Assembly: GCF_030684315.1 (NCBI RefSeq)
Contig: NC_081366.1
Location: forward strand, 36,370,078-36,434,077
DNA length: 64,000 nt
Direction of reading: 5' to 3'
Source: Stegostoma tigrinum
Lineage: Eukaryota
Part shown: one piece after another, positions 23,327-35,565 of the stretch
How positions within the stretch are numbered: position 1 is the first letter of the stretch
How the letters are laid out: every line of letters starts with the position of its first letter
Program-made: the position numbers and the translations under genes
Notes under the pieces: model-generated
What the model was told of the DNA's origin: nothing
The model's database searches: none
The model's input: only the letters and a program-made list of their open reading frames with translations

Positions 23327-25059
23327 ATCCAAGATAATAAAGTGTGAAGCTGGATGAACACAGCAGGCCAAGCAGCATCTCAGGAGCACAAAAGCTGACG
23401 TTTCGGGCCTAGACCCTTCATCAGAGAGGGGGATGGAGTGAGGGTTCTGGAATAAATAGGGAGAGAGGGGGAGGCGGACCAAAGATGGAGAGAAAAGAAG
23501 ATACGTGGAGAGGAGAGTATAGTTGGAGAGGTAGGGAGGGGATAGGTCAGTCCAGGGAAGACGGACAGGTCAAGGAGGTGGGATGAGGTTAGTAGGTACG
23601 AGATGGAGGTGCGGCTTGAGGTGGGAGGGAGGGATGGGTGAGAGGAAGAACAGGTTAGGGAGGCAGAGACAGGCTGGGCTGCTTTTGGGATGCAGTGGGG
23701 GGAGGGGATGAGCCTGGGCTGGTTTTGGGATGCGGTGGGGGAAGGGGAGATTTTGAAGCTGGTGAAGTCCACATTGATACCATTGGGCTGCAGGGTTCCC
23801 AAGCGGAACATGAGTTCTGTTCCTGCAACCTTCGGGTGGCATCATTGTGGCACTGCAGGAGGCCCATGATGGACATGTCGTCTAAAGAATGGGAGGGGGA
23901 GTGGAAATGGTTCACAACTGGGAGGTGCAGTTGTATTTTGTGAACTGAGCGGAGGTGTTCTGCAAAGCGGTCCCCAAGCCTCCGCTCGGTTTCCCCAATG
24001 TAGAGGAAGCCACACCGGGTACAGTGGATACAGTATACCACATTGGCAGATGCGCAGGTGAACCTGTGCTTAATATGGAAAGTCATCTTGGGGCCTGGGA
24101 TGGGGTGAGGGGGGAGGTGTGGGGGCAAGTGTAGCATTTCCTGCGGTTGCAGGGGAAGGTGCCGGGTGTTGTGGGGTTGGAGGGGAGTGTGGAGCGAACA
24201 AGGGAGTCACGGAGAGAGTGGTATCTCCGGAAGGCAGACAAGGGTGGGGATGGAAAAATGTCTTGGGTGGTGGGGTCGGATTGTAGATGGCGGAAGTGTC
24301 AGAGGATGACGCATTGTATCCGGTGTGTGAGAATGAGGGGGATCCTCTTGAGGCGGTTGTGGCGGGGGGGGGGTGGTGTGGGGGATGTGTTGCGGGAGAT
24401 GCGGTCAAGGGCGTTCTCGACCACTGCGGGGGGAAAGTTGCGGTCCTTGAAGAACTTGGACATTTGGGATGTGCGGAAGTGGAATGCCTCATCCTGGGAG
24501 CAGATGCGGTGGAGGCGGAGGAATTGGGAATAGGGGATGGAATTTTTGCAGGAGGGTGGGTGGGAGGATGTGTATTATAGGCAGCTGTGGGAGTTGGTAG
24601 GCTTGAAATTGACATCAGTTTCTAGTTGGTTACCTGAGATGGAGACTGAGAGGTCCAGGAAGGTGAGGGATGTGTTGGAGATGGCCCAAGTGAACTTGAG
24701 GTTGGGGTGGAAGGTGTTGGTGAAGTGGACGAACTGTTCGAGCTCCTCTGGGGAGCAAGAGGCGGCGCCGATACAGTCATCAATGTAACGGAGGAAGAGG
24801 TGGGGTTTCGAGCCTGTGTAGGTGCGGAAGAGGGACTGTTCCATGTAACATACAAAGAGGCAGGCATAGCTTGGGCCCATGCAGATACCCATGGCCACCC
24901 GCTTTGTCTGTAGGAAGTGGGAGGGATCGAAAGAGAAGTTGTTGGGGGTGAGGACGAGTTCGGCTAGGTGGATGAGGCTGTCGGTGGAGGGGTCTGGTCG
25001 GGCCTGCAGGACAGAAAGAAGCAGAGGGCCTTGAGGCCATCTACATGAGGAATGCAGGT
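23327..25059 (-). mobile_element. Penelope-like element (Neptune-type, family A): RT, GIY-YIG and tail, frameshifted
   Basis: RT motifs AMGICMGPSYA…FLRYIDD (ORF 24575-24898). GIY-YIG FTCASANVVYCIHCTRCGFLYIGET…RFAEH (ORF 23655-24137). Hammerhead at 23397-23424. Confidence 0.95.
23397..23424 (-). ncRNA. Minimal hammerhead ribozyme motif
   Basis: Reverse complement CTGATGAagggtctaggcccGAAAcgTC. Confidence 0.75.
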
Positions 25060-25359
25060 CCTGGAAGTAGGATTAGAGGAAACTATAACAGCTGTTGGCT
25101 GGAAATCTGAAATTGATTATTATGATCTGCAATTTTTGAGCTGAATGTTGAGTTGGGAAAAATTACTCATCAAAACATGAGAGCTCATAGTCAAATAATT
25201 GCTGTATCTGTAAAACTTCCATGTGGTATGCTGTCATGTTCAGATACCGATTGTTGAACCTACCTTGAGCTTTTATTGAGTTTTATTAGATAAGTGAAGG
25301 ACACCAAGAATAGAGTGGGGTGGAGAATTTAAATGAGAGGTGAACTGAAACTGAAGTTT

Positions 25360-26200
25360 TTTTATTGATTCAGTGGTGTGGCCTTCATTGAGTGGACCAG
25401 CAGTTATTGTCTATTTCCTGTTGCTCTCGAAGAAATGGCAATGTGCTGTCTCATTGAGCTACAGCATTCCATCTCAGGTCGGAGTCCCCACATATCTGAG
25501 AGGGAGAAAATTCCATGATTTTGACCTAGTGATATTGAAGTAACAACAATATATTTCAAAGTCAGGATATGAATGGCTTGAAGTGGAGCCTTGCAGGCGG
25601 TGATGTTGTTCCCATGTATCTGCTATCCTTGTCCTTCTGAATAGTAACATTCATGGGTTTGGAAGGTGTTGTCTAAGTATTTTGGTGAATTTCTTGTAGA
25701 TTGTGCACGTTGCTGCTACTGTGTATTATTTGTGGATGGAGTGAATGTGGATGTTATAACAACGAAACAGCTGTTTTGTCCTGGATGATGTGAAGCTTCT
25801 TGAGTGTTGGCGAGTTTTGAGAAGATTTGTAGCTCAGGTTAAGGTTCTGGATGTGAGTTTGCTCGCTGAGCTGGAAGGTTAGTTTTCAGACGTTTCATCA
25901 CCATTCCAGGTAACATCATCAGTGAGCCTCCGGTGAAGCACTAGTGTTATGTCCCGCTTTCTATTTATCTGGTTAGGTTTCCTTGGGTTGGTGATGTCAT
26001 TTCCTTCTTGAGTGTTGTTAGAGCTGCATTGATCCAGACAAGCAGGGAGTATTCCATCACACTCCTGACTTGCACCTTGGAGATGGTGGACTAGATTTGG
26101 GAAGTCCAGAGGTAAGTTACTTGCTAATATCTGACCTGCTCTTGTGGCCACAGTATTTATATAGCTCGTCATGACTCCAACCACTGGACAGATTTCTTCC
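25360..26200 (-). mobile_element. CR1-like LINE 3' fragment, second family
   Basis: Reverse-complement RT C-terminal sequence (…caagtcaggagtgtgatggaatactcc…) and a 3' tail related to 22310-22620 and 48585-48830. Confidence 0.65.
25810..26003 (-). mobile_element. Penelope-like family B tail with intact hammerhead
   Basis: Reverse complement tca-CTGATGA-t-gttacc tggaat ggtgat-GAAA-cg-TC-tga (25889-25922). Perfect 14-bp TSD cttcttgagtgttg (25796-25809 and 26004-26017). Confidence 0.85.
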
Positions 26201-26635
26201 TGATTCCCATTGACTCTGGTTTTGTCAGGGATCTTCAATGCTGCTTAAAGTTGTTGCACTTCTTGATGGGCCTTTGCTGAGGACTAAAGTTTTTCTTTAA
26301 ACATGTCAAGCTCAGATGTTCTGAATGCATTATACAAAGATTTGTGCATATAATTGGCTTCTGATTTTGCAGTGTGGCTCCATCCATCCTGATTGAAGTT
26401 CACTGTTCTTGAATTTGTTTTGAAGCTCTGAAACCTCGATAACACTAATTGTAATTTAATTTTACTGGCTGTAGAATGTTCTGAGGCTTCATTTGCTTTC
26501 GTTATTGATTGAACAAGCAAAAACTACTTTCTTGCTTCCCAGCATTATAACTCTGAAGGACGTTTTTCAGGTAATTGTGATTTCAGTTGTTGCTGTATCT
26601 CCTGGGCAGGTTCTGTAAAATTAGTAGACAAATTT

Positions 26636-26830
26636 AGATCATAGAATCATAGAATCCCGACAATGTGGAAACAGATCCTTCAGCTCAACAAGTCCACACT
26701 GACCTTCAGTGCATCCCACCCAGACCCATCCCCCTATAACCTACCTAACCTAAACATCCCTGAACACTACAGGCAATTTAGCATGGCCAATCCATCTAGC
26801 CTGTACATTTTTGGACTATGGGAAGAAACT
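26636..26830 (-). mobile_element. HE1/V-SINE-type SINE, partial
   Basis: Matches the 3' two-thirds of the other SINE copies (ggattggccatgctaaattgcc; gattctatgattct tail). Confidence 0.8.
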
Positions 26831-27810
26831 GTTTACATCTTCTTTATCTTCACAAGAAAAGCTGTGTCTCTTCAAGAGAGACAGCTGGATGTTCAGAAAG
26901 AGTATCCCATGAATCCAAAGGTGCAAAGGTCCAAAATTTATGATTTGAGTAAATGGACAACATGTATGCTGGTTTTCTTGCTTGCAGTATAGCTTTTTTT
27001 TGAAAGAGCAAACCACTTCCGGGAATGGCTTCTGCTGACAGGCTGCCAACTCCTTTGGAATTTTCTTTTCCTACCACTTTTACTTTCTGTTTTGAGAGAA
27101 ATGGATGGTCTACCCTAGTTTTGCAATGTTTGAGCCACAGACTCATGCAGCACAGAAAAGGCTTTTCGCCCTGCAGTTGTTGTAACAAGGTCAGCCAGGT
27201 TGACCTAATAGAAAATGAACCCTGACTGACAGATATAAACAGAAGTGTCAGAATTTCTGTTTACTGTGAGAGCTGGCTCTGAGGACTCTAGACCAGTGTC
27301 AAGTGCTATGCATGTGTGAATAAAGGGTGACTTGGTTATGAGATACTAGCGTCTGTTGAGTTATTTCAGTGGCGACAAGAGAGAAAAATACACACCTGAA
27401 GAAATTCCCTCGCAACATTCATCTTTGAGTTAGCGCAAGCATTTCTAACATCATGCCTTTATTTAGGAAGTTTGACTCTGTCAATCCTGCTGTTGAAGAT
27501 TGGGCCCAGTTTGTGGAAAGAATGTGATTTTTTAGGGCAAAAGACATTTGGGCAATTGAAAAGCAATGAGTAGTCTCCTAGCAGCTTGTGAGCTAGCAGC
27601 CTTTTCAGTTATTAGGAACCTAACTTTCCCTGAGGCACCACCCTGAGGCACCAGATACTAAAACCTTTCAAGAGTTGACATATTTAGTTAAGGAATATTA
27701 CAAGCCCAATCCTCTACTAATTTTGAGATGCTATTGCTTTTACTCAGCAATTTTGGAACAAGGGAAATCCATGTTCGTATTTTTAACTGGCAGAGGCATG
27801 TGACTTTGGT

Positions 27811-28103
27811 TTAGATTAGATTGGATTAGATTCCCTACTGTGTGGAAACAGGCCCTTCTGCCCAACAAGTCCACACTGTCCCTTGGAGCATCCCACCCAG
27901 ACCCATCCCCCTATAACCCACACACCCCTGAATACTACAGGCAATTTAGCATGGCCGATCCACCTAGTGGGACTGTGGGAGGAAACCGGAGCACCCAGAG
28001 GAAACCCACACAGACACGGGGAGAATGTGCAAACTCCGCACAGACAGTTACCCAAGGCTGGAATCGAACCCGGTTCCGTGGCGCTGTGAGGCTGCAGTGC
28101 TAA
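27811..28103 (-). mobile_element. HE1/V-SINE-type tRNA-derived SINE inside Gypsy gag
   Basis: Reverse complement has B-box gggttcgattcc, the conserved central domain and a CR1-derived tail. Confidence 0.85.
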
Positions 28104-29919
28104 TCCTTAACAAGATGCTGAGACTGTTCGTTTGGTATGTGGGATTAATGATATAACCATGCAAAAGCGCCTATTGTGTGAAGTCTAACTGGACTTCAAA
28201 CAGGCTCTACACCTGGCTTTGTCCATTATAAAATGCAGGAAGTGGACCATATAGGTTACAGGGTATGACAGTGGAAATGTGCACCCTTGTCAGTCCAACT
28301 GAGTTTGGAGGACACCACTTGACTGAAGGCAATTGCACAGCCTCATTCGGGACATATCTTGAACAGAGGGACTCCAGGTCAGTCGACAACATAACCCCAA
28401 AACAAAGCAAAGCCTTGGCCAAACAGTTAAAATTTTCTGAAGGTTAGAGGTAGGCTAGTCATTGCAGTTGCTACAATGCATGCAGACTCGAGACAGCAAA
28501 AAAGTCCCACTAGACCTAAATTGAGTAAGAGAACTCATAGGCCCGTATCCAGGAGAGTGTGTGTCTTGGAAAATCCACCTGCAGCTGACTTGGAATAGTT
28601 AAGTTGCTCAACAACATCCAAATCAGAACCAATCAAAATAAGCGTCTGGTTAAAAAGTCACCCAGTTCTAACGGAGATTGAAATAGGCATGGCTACATCA
28701 ATGATTACAGAATCAGTCTTTGACAAAATTCATTCTGGAATCCAAACCTAAAGTTTGCGCATGACCTCTGCTAGAGTGAGAACCTATACTGGGGAGCCTT
28801 TACAGTTTAAGGGCACAAGTTCAGTTCCAGTCTCGTATGAGAAACAGTTGGATCAGTTACTACTGATTGTAGTAAAAGGCTCGGGCGCAAGTCAGATGGG
28901 ATGAAATTGGTTGAGAAAAACTCACCATGATCAGCTTAACATTTTTCGATAGAAAATGGCTGCCTGCGTGAAGTCCCAAATGAATATCCAGACGATTTTC
29001 CAGAAGGTCTGCAGACTTATCAAAGAACTGAGCCCATTTTGCATGTCGATGAGGAAAAAATTCCACGATTCTGCAAAGTCCACCCAGTACCATTTGCCTT
29101 ACAGACAAAAGCAGATGCAGAAATCAGAAGATTGGAAAGTGAAGGAATCATCAAACTAGTAAAGTTTGCAGAATGGACAGTACCAATCATACCAATTGTG
29201 AGTCTGATGGGTTCGTTCACCTTTGTGGGGATTTTAAACAAACAATAAACAACTTCTCTCATCTGGATAAATACCCAATCCCTCGCATAGAGGACTTATA
29301 CATAAAGCTCATGGAGGCTGCTGTTCTTCACGAAGCTGGACATGAGCCATGTGTACCTGCAGTTGTGGTTAAATGAGGGTTCCCAGAAGTATGCTACAAT
29401 TAATATCCATAAGGGTTTGTACCAATATACAAGACTACCATTTGGGATATCATCAGCCTGTGCCATTTTTCAGCAGACAATGGACAACATTTTGCAAGGT
29501 CTACCCCAGCTAGTCATTTATCTGGATGACTTGCTAATAACAGGGAGCACCAATAAAGAGCACCTCAATAACTTGGACGTAGTCCTTAGACATTTCCCTG
29601 AGCCGAGTGTAAGTGTTAGAAGAGAAAATGTGTGATCCAGGCAACATCAGTGACTTACTTGTGCTACAGAGTTGGCAAGACTGGGTTACACCCAATGGAA
29701 GATAAAGTGAGGACGATCAAATGTGCCCTGGCTCTCACTTCTGTACTGGAGCTTAGGCCTTTCCTTGGGCTGGTGAACTGTTCTGGAAAGTTCAAACATA
29801 ACATGACCTCCATTCTGGCACCTCTGCAGCAACTCTTAAAAAAGGGTCAGCCTTGGAAATGGTCTCGTGGCCAAGACATAGCCTTTAGGGAATGTGTAAA
29901 AGTGGCTACCATCATCTAA

Positions 29920-30060
29920 GGAAAAAAGCCGAAATAACTGCGGATTATGTAAATCAGGAACAAAAACAGAAGTTGCTGGAAAAACTCAGCAGGTCTGTCA
30001 GCATCTGTGAAGAAGAAGTCAGAGTTAATGTTTTGCGTCCGACGACCCTTCTTCAGAACT
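29920..30060 (-). mobile_element. Penelope-like family C tail inserted in Gypsy pol
   Basis: Reverse complement gttCTGAAGAagggtcgtcggacgc-aaaa-cattaac (decayed hammerhead). Flanks catcatctaa and cgttgtctaa could both derive from cgtcgtctaa by CpG decay. Confidence 0.7.
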
Positions 30061-30317
30061 CGTTGTCTAAAATTTTGGCACACCTTGATGTCAAGCAAGA
30101 TCTGGTGCTGACACGCAATGCCTCCCCATATAGTATCAAGGTAGTGTGACTCACAGATGGCCCAGTGGAGAGGAACACCTAATAGCATATGTTTCCCAGA
30201 CTTTGGCTGATGCAGAGCACAAATACACCCAGACAGAGAAAGAAGGTTTGGAGGTCATCTTTGGCATGAGAAAGTTCCACCAATATCTTTGTGGATGTAA
30301 ATTTGTAATAATAACAG

Positions 30318-31623
30318 TATTATAAAGCAGAGGTCAGCCCCTTGTGGGCAGCTCAGTGGTTAGCCCTGCTGTCTCACAGTGCAAGGGACCTGGGTTCAAT
30401 TCTACCCTCAGACAACTGTGTGGAGTTTGCACGTTCACCCTGTGTCTGTGTGGGCTTCCTCTGCGTGCTCCAGTTTCCTCCCACAGTCCAAAGATGTGCA
30501 GGGTAGGTGGATTGGCCATGCTAAATTGTCCGTAGTGTTGACGGATCTGTAGATTAGGTGGGCTATAGGGATTGGGTCGACATGGGATGCTCTGAAGGTC
30601 GATGTGGACTTATTGTGCCATAGGGCCTATTTCCACACTGTAGGGATTCTATGATCTTCTCCCTCTCTGATAACTAAAACAAAACACTTAGAGAGGTGCA
30701 CCTTGCGCTATATTTTGTTAAAAGAGCCCACAGTCTATTATAAAGGAGTCGTTAAACAAAACTAAACCCCGGACACTATCTTTGTAATCAACAAGTAACA
30801 ATTTATCTAACTCTAACAGTGAACAAACTAACTAAATATTAACAAACTGAACAAATCCCTTCTAACTACAAACTATTTCTGAATAAAACAATATTCTGGT
30901 GGTATGTTGTTCCAATAAATATAAGTCCCATTCATATAAAATATTTTTTAAAATTAGAATTAAATCTCTTGAAATTACAGCCAGGTTATGTCTCCAGAAT
31001 GTTCTGTGTTTTCTCTGACGCATTTATCTGTCAAGAATGTCTTCTCGGTGAATCTTTCTGTCAGGAACGCGTTCTCCATCAAATTCTTTTGTCAGGAATG
31101 TTATCTGTTTATGTCGCAGGTACCTCTAATTTAGATGGAGCTTACACTAAGGCAGAGAGAAATCTGTGAGAGCCAGTGATTCTTTCTTTTAGAACTGACA
31201 GCTGTTCTCTTGGCAGATGACACTTAGCTCTCCCTCAATTTTCCAAATGCCTCCATTTTTTACACCCTTGATGACTTTTCAATTTCTTATAATAGGATTG
31301 GTCCTATGTTGTTAAAACCATTAGATTTGAATTTAATTGGTTTTTGGTATCTGAGGGCCTGGTTTAAATTAATTGGCTAAATTCAAAAAAACCTGTTGTC
31401 TTGGTAAAAATGCTGCTTTGCATGCAAACTGTACAGCCTTTTAAAACAAATATTTCAATTCAGGTGCTCTGTGTATCCACAGACATCCTTACTGAATTTT
31501 TCAGCATAGAAAAAGCACATCATCTTTTAAAGAAAATGCACACAGATTTCCCCATAGCATTTTATAAATACGAAATTTTTAAATCCTGCTTTCCAATCCA
31601 CAAGTACTCTGCCCATCTTCACA
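30318..31623. mobile_element. Unclassified LTR-like insert (carrying a SINE) splitting the Gypsy RNase H motif
   Basis: Gypsy FVIIT|DHKPLLG is interrupted, and aataacag is duplicated (30310-30317, 31623-31630). The insert ends in CA and has clustered ATTGG motifs near 31300-31375. Confidence 0.6.
30344..30655 (+). mobile_element. HE1/V-SINE-type SINE
   Basis: A-box gctcagtggttagc, B-box gggttcaattc, central domain, gattctatgat tail. Confidence 0.85.
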
Positions 31624-34600
31624 ATAACAGACCACAAACCCCTGTTAGGGCTACTCGAAGTGGACAAGGCCATACCACGCACAGCTTCAGGTCGAATTCA
31701 GTGGTGGGGTCTAAGTGCATACAATTACAAGTGGGAGGTCAAGTAACAAATGCAGATGCCTTGAGTCACCTCCTGCCGGCAAATACACCACTCGTGATGC
31801 TGCCACTGGAAGGGTCCTTTTTGGTTTTAAAATTTCTGGGTACACTTCTGGTCACCGCTGACAATATCAGACTGTAGATGCAAGAAGCTCTTGTCCTGAC
31901 AAAACTAAAACAGCTGATAGGGCCATCATAACCAGAATTGAAACCAAAGAGGACAGCACTTCGTTATGGGGAGCAAGAGTGATTGTCTAGAGCAAAGGTC
32001 ACCACCAGATACTGGCTGTACTCCACAGGGTCATCTGGGATGTCCAAAATGAAGTGTTGGTGAGACATTATGTCTGGTGGCCAGGATTGGATGCAGACCT
32101 AGACGCATTGGTGAGGCAATGCCCAGAGTGCCAACAAGGACAAAAATTACCTCCAGCAGCTCCCCCCACATTGGTGGGAATGGACAATTAAACCTGGAAG
32201 TGGTTACACATTGACCATGTGGTTCTGCCATGGGCTGAATGTTCTTAGTCATTGTGGACACTCAGTCAAAGTGGTTGGATACGCATATATTTCGATACAA
32301 TATCCATTCGATAAATATGGAATGACAATAGAAAGGTTGTGATCAATTTTTGCAACTCACAGGCTCCCGAAGTGTTGGTCACTGACAAAGGACCGTTATT
32401 TACCAGCAGGTAATTTGACTCTTTCCTAATGTTGAATGGCATTTGGCATAAAGGGACAGATCCATACCATCCATTGTTCAATGGTCTGGCTGAAAGAGAA
32501 GCTCAAACTTTGAGGGCAGACTTTAAGAAACAGCCTACAGCTTCACCACATACCAAACTCCAAACTGTCCTGGTGCCTATTTGATATCAGACCATCCCTC
32601 ATGCAACTACAGGGATAGCTGTAGCAAAGTTACTAATGGGAAGAAGAGACCACACCAGGTTGAATCTGATCTTCCCAAACCTGGGGAGGAGGATGAAATG
32701 GCATAAGGACTGCCAATGCTGGATGCAAAACTCCTCTAAGTGAGAGAGACAGTTTATGTAATCGGACAATGTTTCGTGCTGAAAACACAGCAACGGCCAT
32801 GCATGCGTAAAAGGCATGGTCGAAGCGAGGGCAAGTGTCATGACATACAAATGTCAGATAGATCAAGTGGCCCTGAACAAGCACGTGGACCATATAAAAG
32901 CTGCAAATCTGTAAACAGGGCAGGAGCAAAACGTGCACAGTCAAAGGTTCTCACCAAGATTTGTAGCTCAGGTTGTGGATGAGGTTGCTGGCTTGCTCAC
33001 CAAGCTGGCCGTACAATAACCAGCCAGCTCAGCAAGCAAACCAACAACCACACACCCAGTCCCTCAGAACAGCCAGAAATCATCATGGAATCCCTAGTGT
33101 CCAATAAAAACCTTAAAATCTGAGATAGGCACAGTGGATATTGCAGCCTTGATGCCTTTACCTCTTGAAGAAGAGGGTGAATTTCTTACGAGGTGCTCCG
33201 GGTGCAAGAGGCAGGCTACTGTCTGGTACATGCCATCCGTATCTGAGGCTGAGTCAGAGGAACTGGACCCAGTGCAACAATGCAGTAGGAGAGTCTACAT
33301 GAAAAGCAACAGGTCTGCATCACCAGACCTAGAGGGGGAGGGATGAAGTGATTGTAATGAGGTCAAATACTATGCACTTGTAAATAAAGGGTGACTCAGT
33401 CTCTGTGGAGTTATTTCACAGTCTATTGTGTCTGTGCTAACCTATCTACATGAATCCCACTAGCCAGCACTTAGCCCAAGCATTAAAACATTTTAACGTC
33501 AATTGCTCATCTATGTATTCTCTAAACATTTTCAGGTTTCCCACCTCTGCTAGATCATCTTGGCCTGCTGTGTTCACACAGCCCCACACTTTGTTATCTT
33601 GGATTCTCCAGCATCTGCAGTTCCCATTATCTCTGCTAGACCATGCATCCAGATTCTTCACACTTCAGGTGAAAAGATTTTTCTTCAAATGCCCTCTAAA
33701 CCTCCTGCCCTTCATCTTAAGTCCTAATTTTAAGCATAATTTTAAGTGTTCTTGGTGAGTGCTAACTGAAAAATGTGGAAGCTATACAAGTAGCCCTGCT
33801 TAATAAAGAATCTTTATGATTAGGAATTACATACTAAGGTCTTACTCAAATTTTTGTACCTCTCAAGCACCAAAGGTTAACAGAACACAGTCTCAGGATT
33901 TCTGGTCTCCACCATGACAGCCTGCAAAAGGATCATAATGCCTGCTTCTGTTTCCAATTTCAAACTAGTTTATTTTGCCATTCACTTGAATCTCTGCATA
34001 CCAAAATTAATCTTGCAGGACTATCACTTTACCCAAGAGGAGCACATTTTGTTCATTTAGTTCATTTGGGACATCTGTTTCCTGAATTGCTGCAGACTGA
34101 AAAGGTCTGACATGTAACTTTCAAAATGTAGGCTGTGAACTCCTGTTGCTGCTTTAGCAAACCACCTGAAAATGGCCTGACCTACGCCATACATGTCACT
34201 CAGCATATATGATGGTACAGTTCTGTCACTGATGTGGACTTTTCCTGCCATATAGTAGACAGGAAGCAATGACAGAACTAGTGCTATACCCCCATTGTGG
34301 TTCTTGTCTTGCTGGTGTGTTAGGAGCTTTCTGATTGATAAACCAGACTGAGTTGAGGTCAACAGTCTGACTCCAAAAATATTCTCTGGCTACCCAGATA
34401 AAAATAACCTTTTTTTGTGAAGTTCAGTCTGCCTGACATACTGCAGTAATTTTTGTAATGTAAAATCTTCTTTAAAAACTCTGACAGGTCTTCATCCTGT
34501 GCCTCCATCACAGTGTTTCCTTGTTTGCAATCGTACGTGAGGTGGTATAATCATTCATGATGGAATCAGTGTTTTTGCGTAACCCTTGTTATATCAACTA

Positions 34601-34974
34601 AACTTCCAGTCCAAAATGGCCTTTCTTCTTAAACTGAAAATGAAACAGGAATTGAATGCTTTAACTATAAGTCATACTTTGTCGTTTCTTCTCAATACTT
34701 TGTCTGGCAAGACTGGTGTCAACACTGCCACTGATCACGTAAAATAATACACTCACATGGTCCTTGTTTAGCTTCTTTGTTAAGGTTTACTGTGACTGTC
34801 AGCACCAGTTTACCCAATACAAAGCTCATTCAGGGCAGTATGAACATTCACATAGATCCAGTGGGGCTTAGGCATTTTCTTTTAGGATTGAGGTATCTTC
34901 ACTGTGGGCTGTGGCAATCACATTATTCCAATTGTTTGAACACTTTTTTGTGGCTTTGTGCAAGAGCCTGCTGA

Positions 34975-35565
34975 ATATCTCCTTTTCTGACTTATAATGG
35001 AGGTATGGTCATTGATGAAGCAGCTGAGGATGGTTGGATTAAGGGCGCTACCCTGAGAAACTCCTGCAGAGATGTCCAGGAACTGAGATAACTGATTCAC
35101 AACTACCACAACTATCTTCCTATGTGTGTGAAATATGACTGCAGCCAGCAGAGAGATTTCCCCCTGATTCCCGTTGTCTCCTCAATGCCACATTCAGTCA
35201 AATACAGCTTTGATGTCAAGGATATTCACTCTCATCTCACCTCTGGACTTCAGCTCTTTTGACCAGTGTATGAACCGAGGCTAAATGAGGCCAGGCACTG
35301 AGAGGCCGTAGCAAAATCCAAACTGGGTATCAGTGAGCAGGTTATTGCTAAGTAAATGCTGCTGATGACACCTTCCATCACTTCACGGATAATTGAGATT
35401 AGATTAATGCAGCAGCATTTGGGTGGGTTGGATTTGATCTGCTTTTTGTGTACAGTATATACCTGGGCAATTTTTCACATTGTCAGGTCAATATCAGTTT
35501 TGCAGCTATACTGGAATAGCTTGGTTAGGGATGTGGCAGTCCTGGAGCACACATTTTTAGTAGTA
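34975..35565 (-). mobile_element. CR1-like LINE RT fragment
   Basis: ORF 34918-35109 DISAGVSQGSALNPTILSCFIND (RT GVPQGS motif). Confidence 0.8.

Larger units (their letters stand above)
27172..33418 (+). mobile_element. Decayed Gypsy/Ty3 (Mag-like) LTR retrotransposon with nested insertions
   Basis: 5' LTR 27172-27368, PBS tggcgac at 27370. Gag start MPLFRKFD…EDWAQFVER. RT motifs DKYPIPRIEDL, YTRLPFGISSA, IYLDD; RNase H TDHKPL; integrase VTDKGP and PYHP..NGLAER. PPT agagggggaggga at 33331-33343; internally deleted 3' LTR 33344-33418. Confidence 0.92.
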
